DNA of 64,000 bases, taken from Trichodelitschia bisporula. Taxonomy: Eukaryota. Every line of letters starts with the position of its first letter. Within the stretch, counting starts at the first letter, position 1. The stretch covers positions 693,933-757,932 of the forward strand of contig ML996692.1 in the NCBI GenBank assembly GCA_010356995.1. The letters are read 5' to 3'. The notes under the pieces were generated by a model. The model saw only the letters and a list, made by a program, of their open reading frames with translations, ran no database searches and was not told where the DNA came from. Position numbers and translations under genes: made by a program. This document shows positions 61,662-64,000 of this stretch, one piece after another.

Positions 61662-64000
61662 ATGGCTCCCAAAAAGAAGGGTAACAAGAAGGCCCAGGAC
61701 GACTGGGAAGCTGATCTCGGCGAAACGGTCGACCCCATCGCCGCTGCTACCCAACAAGCGAAAGCCGACGATGAGGCACAAGATGCTGAAGAGGGTACCG
61801 CCATGAGCGGAGGCCTGCTTGCCGCCTTGAAGAAGAATCGCGGGCGCAAGGCTAAGAAGGGCAAGGTCGTCGAGGACTTTGTTGAGGGCGAAGATCCCGC
61901 TGCTGATGGAGAGGCTGTCGCTTCTCCTGCGCCCGTGGATCTCTCAGCCAAGGCTCCTGAAGAAGCGACCTTCGACGATGACGTGTTCGCGCAGCCGACC
62001 AAGAAAGGCAAAGGCGGGAAGCCAGCGCCTGCGGCAAAGGTGGCTCAGCCTGAGAAGGATGAGGAGGAAGAGGAGCTGACTGCCGACGGGCGGGTGAAAA
62101 CAAAGAAGGAAAAGGAAAAGGAGAAGAAGGAGAGAGAAAAGCAGCGCAAGAAGGAACAGGTATGCTGATTGCTGCCTACCGTTTGATTGCATGCTAACGA
62201 TGTTGCAGGCCGCAAAAAAAAAGAGTGTTGTTCCCCCACCCGAAGCAAAGAAGGCTGAGCCAGCGAAGGTCGTCGAAGCAGAGCGACCGACCGCTGCCGC
62301 CCAAACTGAGCTGGCGGCGGCTGGCGGCAAGAAGAAGAAGATCAATCCTGCACTTCTCGCACTTCAAAAGGCCCAGGAGGAGCGCAAGCGCCTCGAAGAG
62401 GAGCAAGCTCGCCTGGAAGCTGAAGAGCGGGCACGGATCGAGGAAGAGGAGAAGCTTGCTACTGAGGAAGCTAAGCGCAGGGAGGAGGCTAAGCAGGCTA
62501 AGAAGCTCAAGGAGAAACAAAAGATTGAGGAGATGAAGAAAGCGGGCACCTACAAGACCAAGGCCCAAAAGGAAGCCGAGGCCCGCCAGCAGGCCCGCCT
62601 CAAACAGATGATGGAAGCTGGTGGTGTGGTGGTTGGTGGCTTGCAAGAAGATGCTGCGGACAAGAAGGCCAAGCCCACTTATGACCGGAAGAAGAAGGGC
62701 AAGAAAACTGCCGGGGAGGCTCAGAAGGAGAAGGAGGAGGCTGACGCCGAGGAAGCACGTAAGAAATTGGAGGAACTGAAACTCGCCGAGGAGAAAGCAG
62801 TGAAGGCCGAAGCTGAGGCTGCTGCTAAGGCTAAGGCTGAAGCTGAGAAGGCTAAGGCCGAAGATAGCGACGAACTTGAAGATTGGGAGGCTCAAGCAGA
62901 CGCCGCAGAGGGAATCAAGGAAAGCTGGGACGCACTTTCCGAAGACGAAGAGCCCAAGCCTAAGCTGGCGTCGAAGGCAGCTGCCAGCGACAAAGACTCG
63001 ACTACGAAGACCAACGGCAAGACCAATGGTAAAAACGTATCTTCAGAGGAAGAATCCAGTTCCGAAGACGAGTCCTCAGAGGATGAGGATCAGACTGCTG
63101 CAAAGCGAGCTGTGGCAGCGCGGAAGGCCGAGGCTGCAGAGCGTCGGAGAAAGCAGCACGAGGAGGCCCTTGCGGCTAGGTCGAAAGACGACCTTCGTTC
63201 GCCAATCTGCTGTATTCTCGGTCACGTCGACACCGGGAAGACCAAACTCCTTGACAAGATTCGGCAGACCAATGTTCAGGAAGGTGAGGCCGGTGGTATC
63301 ACACAACAGATTGGCGCCACGTACTTCCCGGTGGAGGCCCTCAAGAAGAAGACCAATGTGGTCAACCAGGACGGCAAGTTCGAGTTCAGGGTTCCTGGCT
63401 TGTTGGTGATCGACACCCCTGGGCACGAGTCTTTCACAAACCTTCGGTCTCGTGGCTCCTCGCTGTGCAACATTGCCATCCTCGTTGTCGACATTATGCA
63501 TGGTCTCGAGCCCCAGACTCTCGAGTCCATGCGTCTTCTGAGAGATCGCAAGACTCCATTCATCGTCGCGCTCAACAAAATCGATCGTTTGTTCGGCTGG
63601 AAGAAGATCGATAACAATGGCTTCCGTGACAGTTTCGCCATGCAGACTAAGGGTTGCCAGAATGAGTTCCGTGACCGTCTCGACAAGATCAAGGTCGCGT
63701 TTGCCGAGCAGGGCTTCAACTCCGAGCTGTTTTACGAGAACAAGTCCATGGCTCGCTATGTCTCCTTAGTCCCTACATCCGCTCACACCGGCGAGGGTAT
63801 TCCTGACATGTTGAAGCTGCTCATTCAGCTCACTCAGGAACGTATGACGAACGCGCTTATGTACCTTTCCGAGGTTGAGGCTACCGTTCTCGAGGTAAAG
63901 GTCATTGAGGGTCTTGGCACGACTATTGACGTCATCCTTTCCAATGGTGTACTTCGCGAAGGCGACCGTATCGTTCTCTGTGGTCTGAATGGTGCCATTG
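61662..64000 (+). CDS. FUN12: Translation initiation factor eIF5B, 1 intron in window; runs off the right edge
   Basis: [10 protein letters not shown], charged N-terminus, [45 protein letters not shown]. Confidence 0.97.

Overview
Eukaryotic, GC-rich, intron-containing DNA from a filamentous ascomycete (Pezizomycotina; Dothideomycete-like is an inference). It carries about 18 protein-coding genes, mostly housekeeping: RPB1 (truncated at the left edge), SWD1, DMC1, a CNBP/Gis2-like zinc-knuckle gene, UAP1, a SPRY/PY-motif protein, ACR3, a hypothetical protein, a short/branched acyl-CoA dehydrogenase, laeA, a degenerate metallo-hydrolase-like protein, MIA40, an OM14-like gene, a NAD(P)-binding oxidoreductase, a GFA protein, CDC20, glycogen phosphorylase and eIF5B (truncated at the right edge). 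Best-supported unusual items: (1) a complete 1047-bp non-autonomous LTR retroelement (TRIM-like) with 204-bp LTRs, a 5-bp TSD, a PBS, a PPT and RIP-type mutations; (2) a 142-bp foldback, MITE-like element upstream of glycogen phosphorylase; (3) extreme splicing, with a 2-nt microexon in the OM14-like gene and a 17-exon DMC1 with two consecutive GC-AG introns. More speculative: a telomerase-RNA-like arrangement in the ACR3 upstream intergenic region. Exon boundaries were read by eye and no searches were run.
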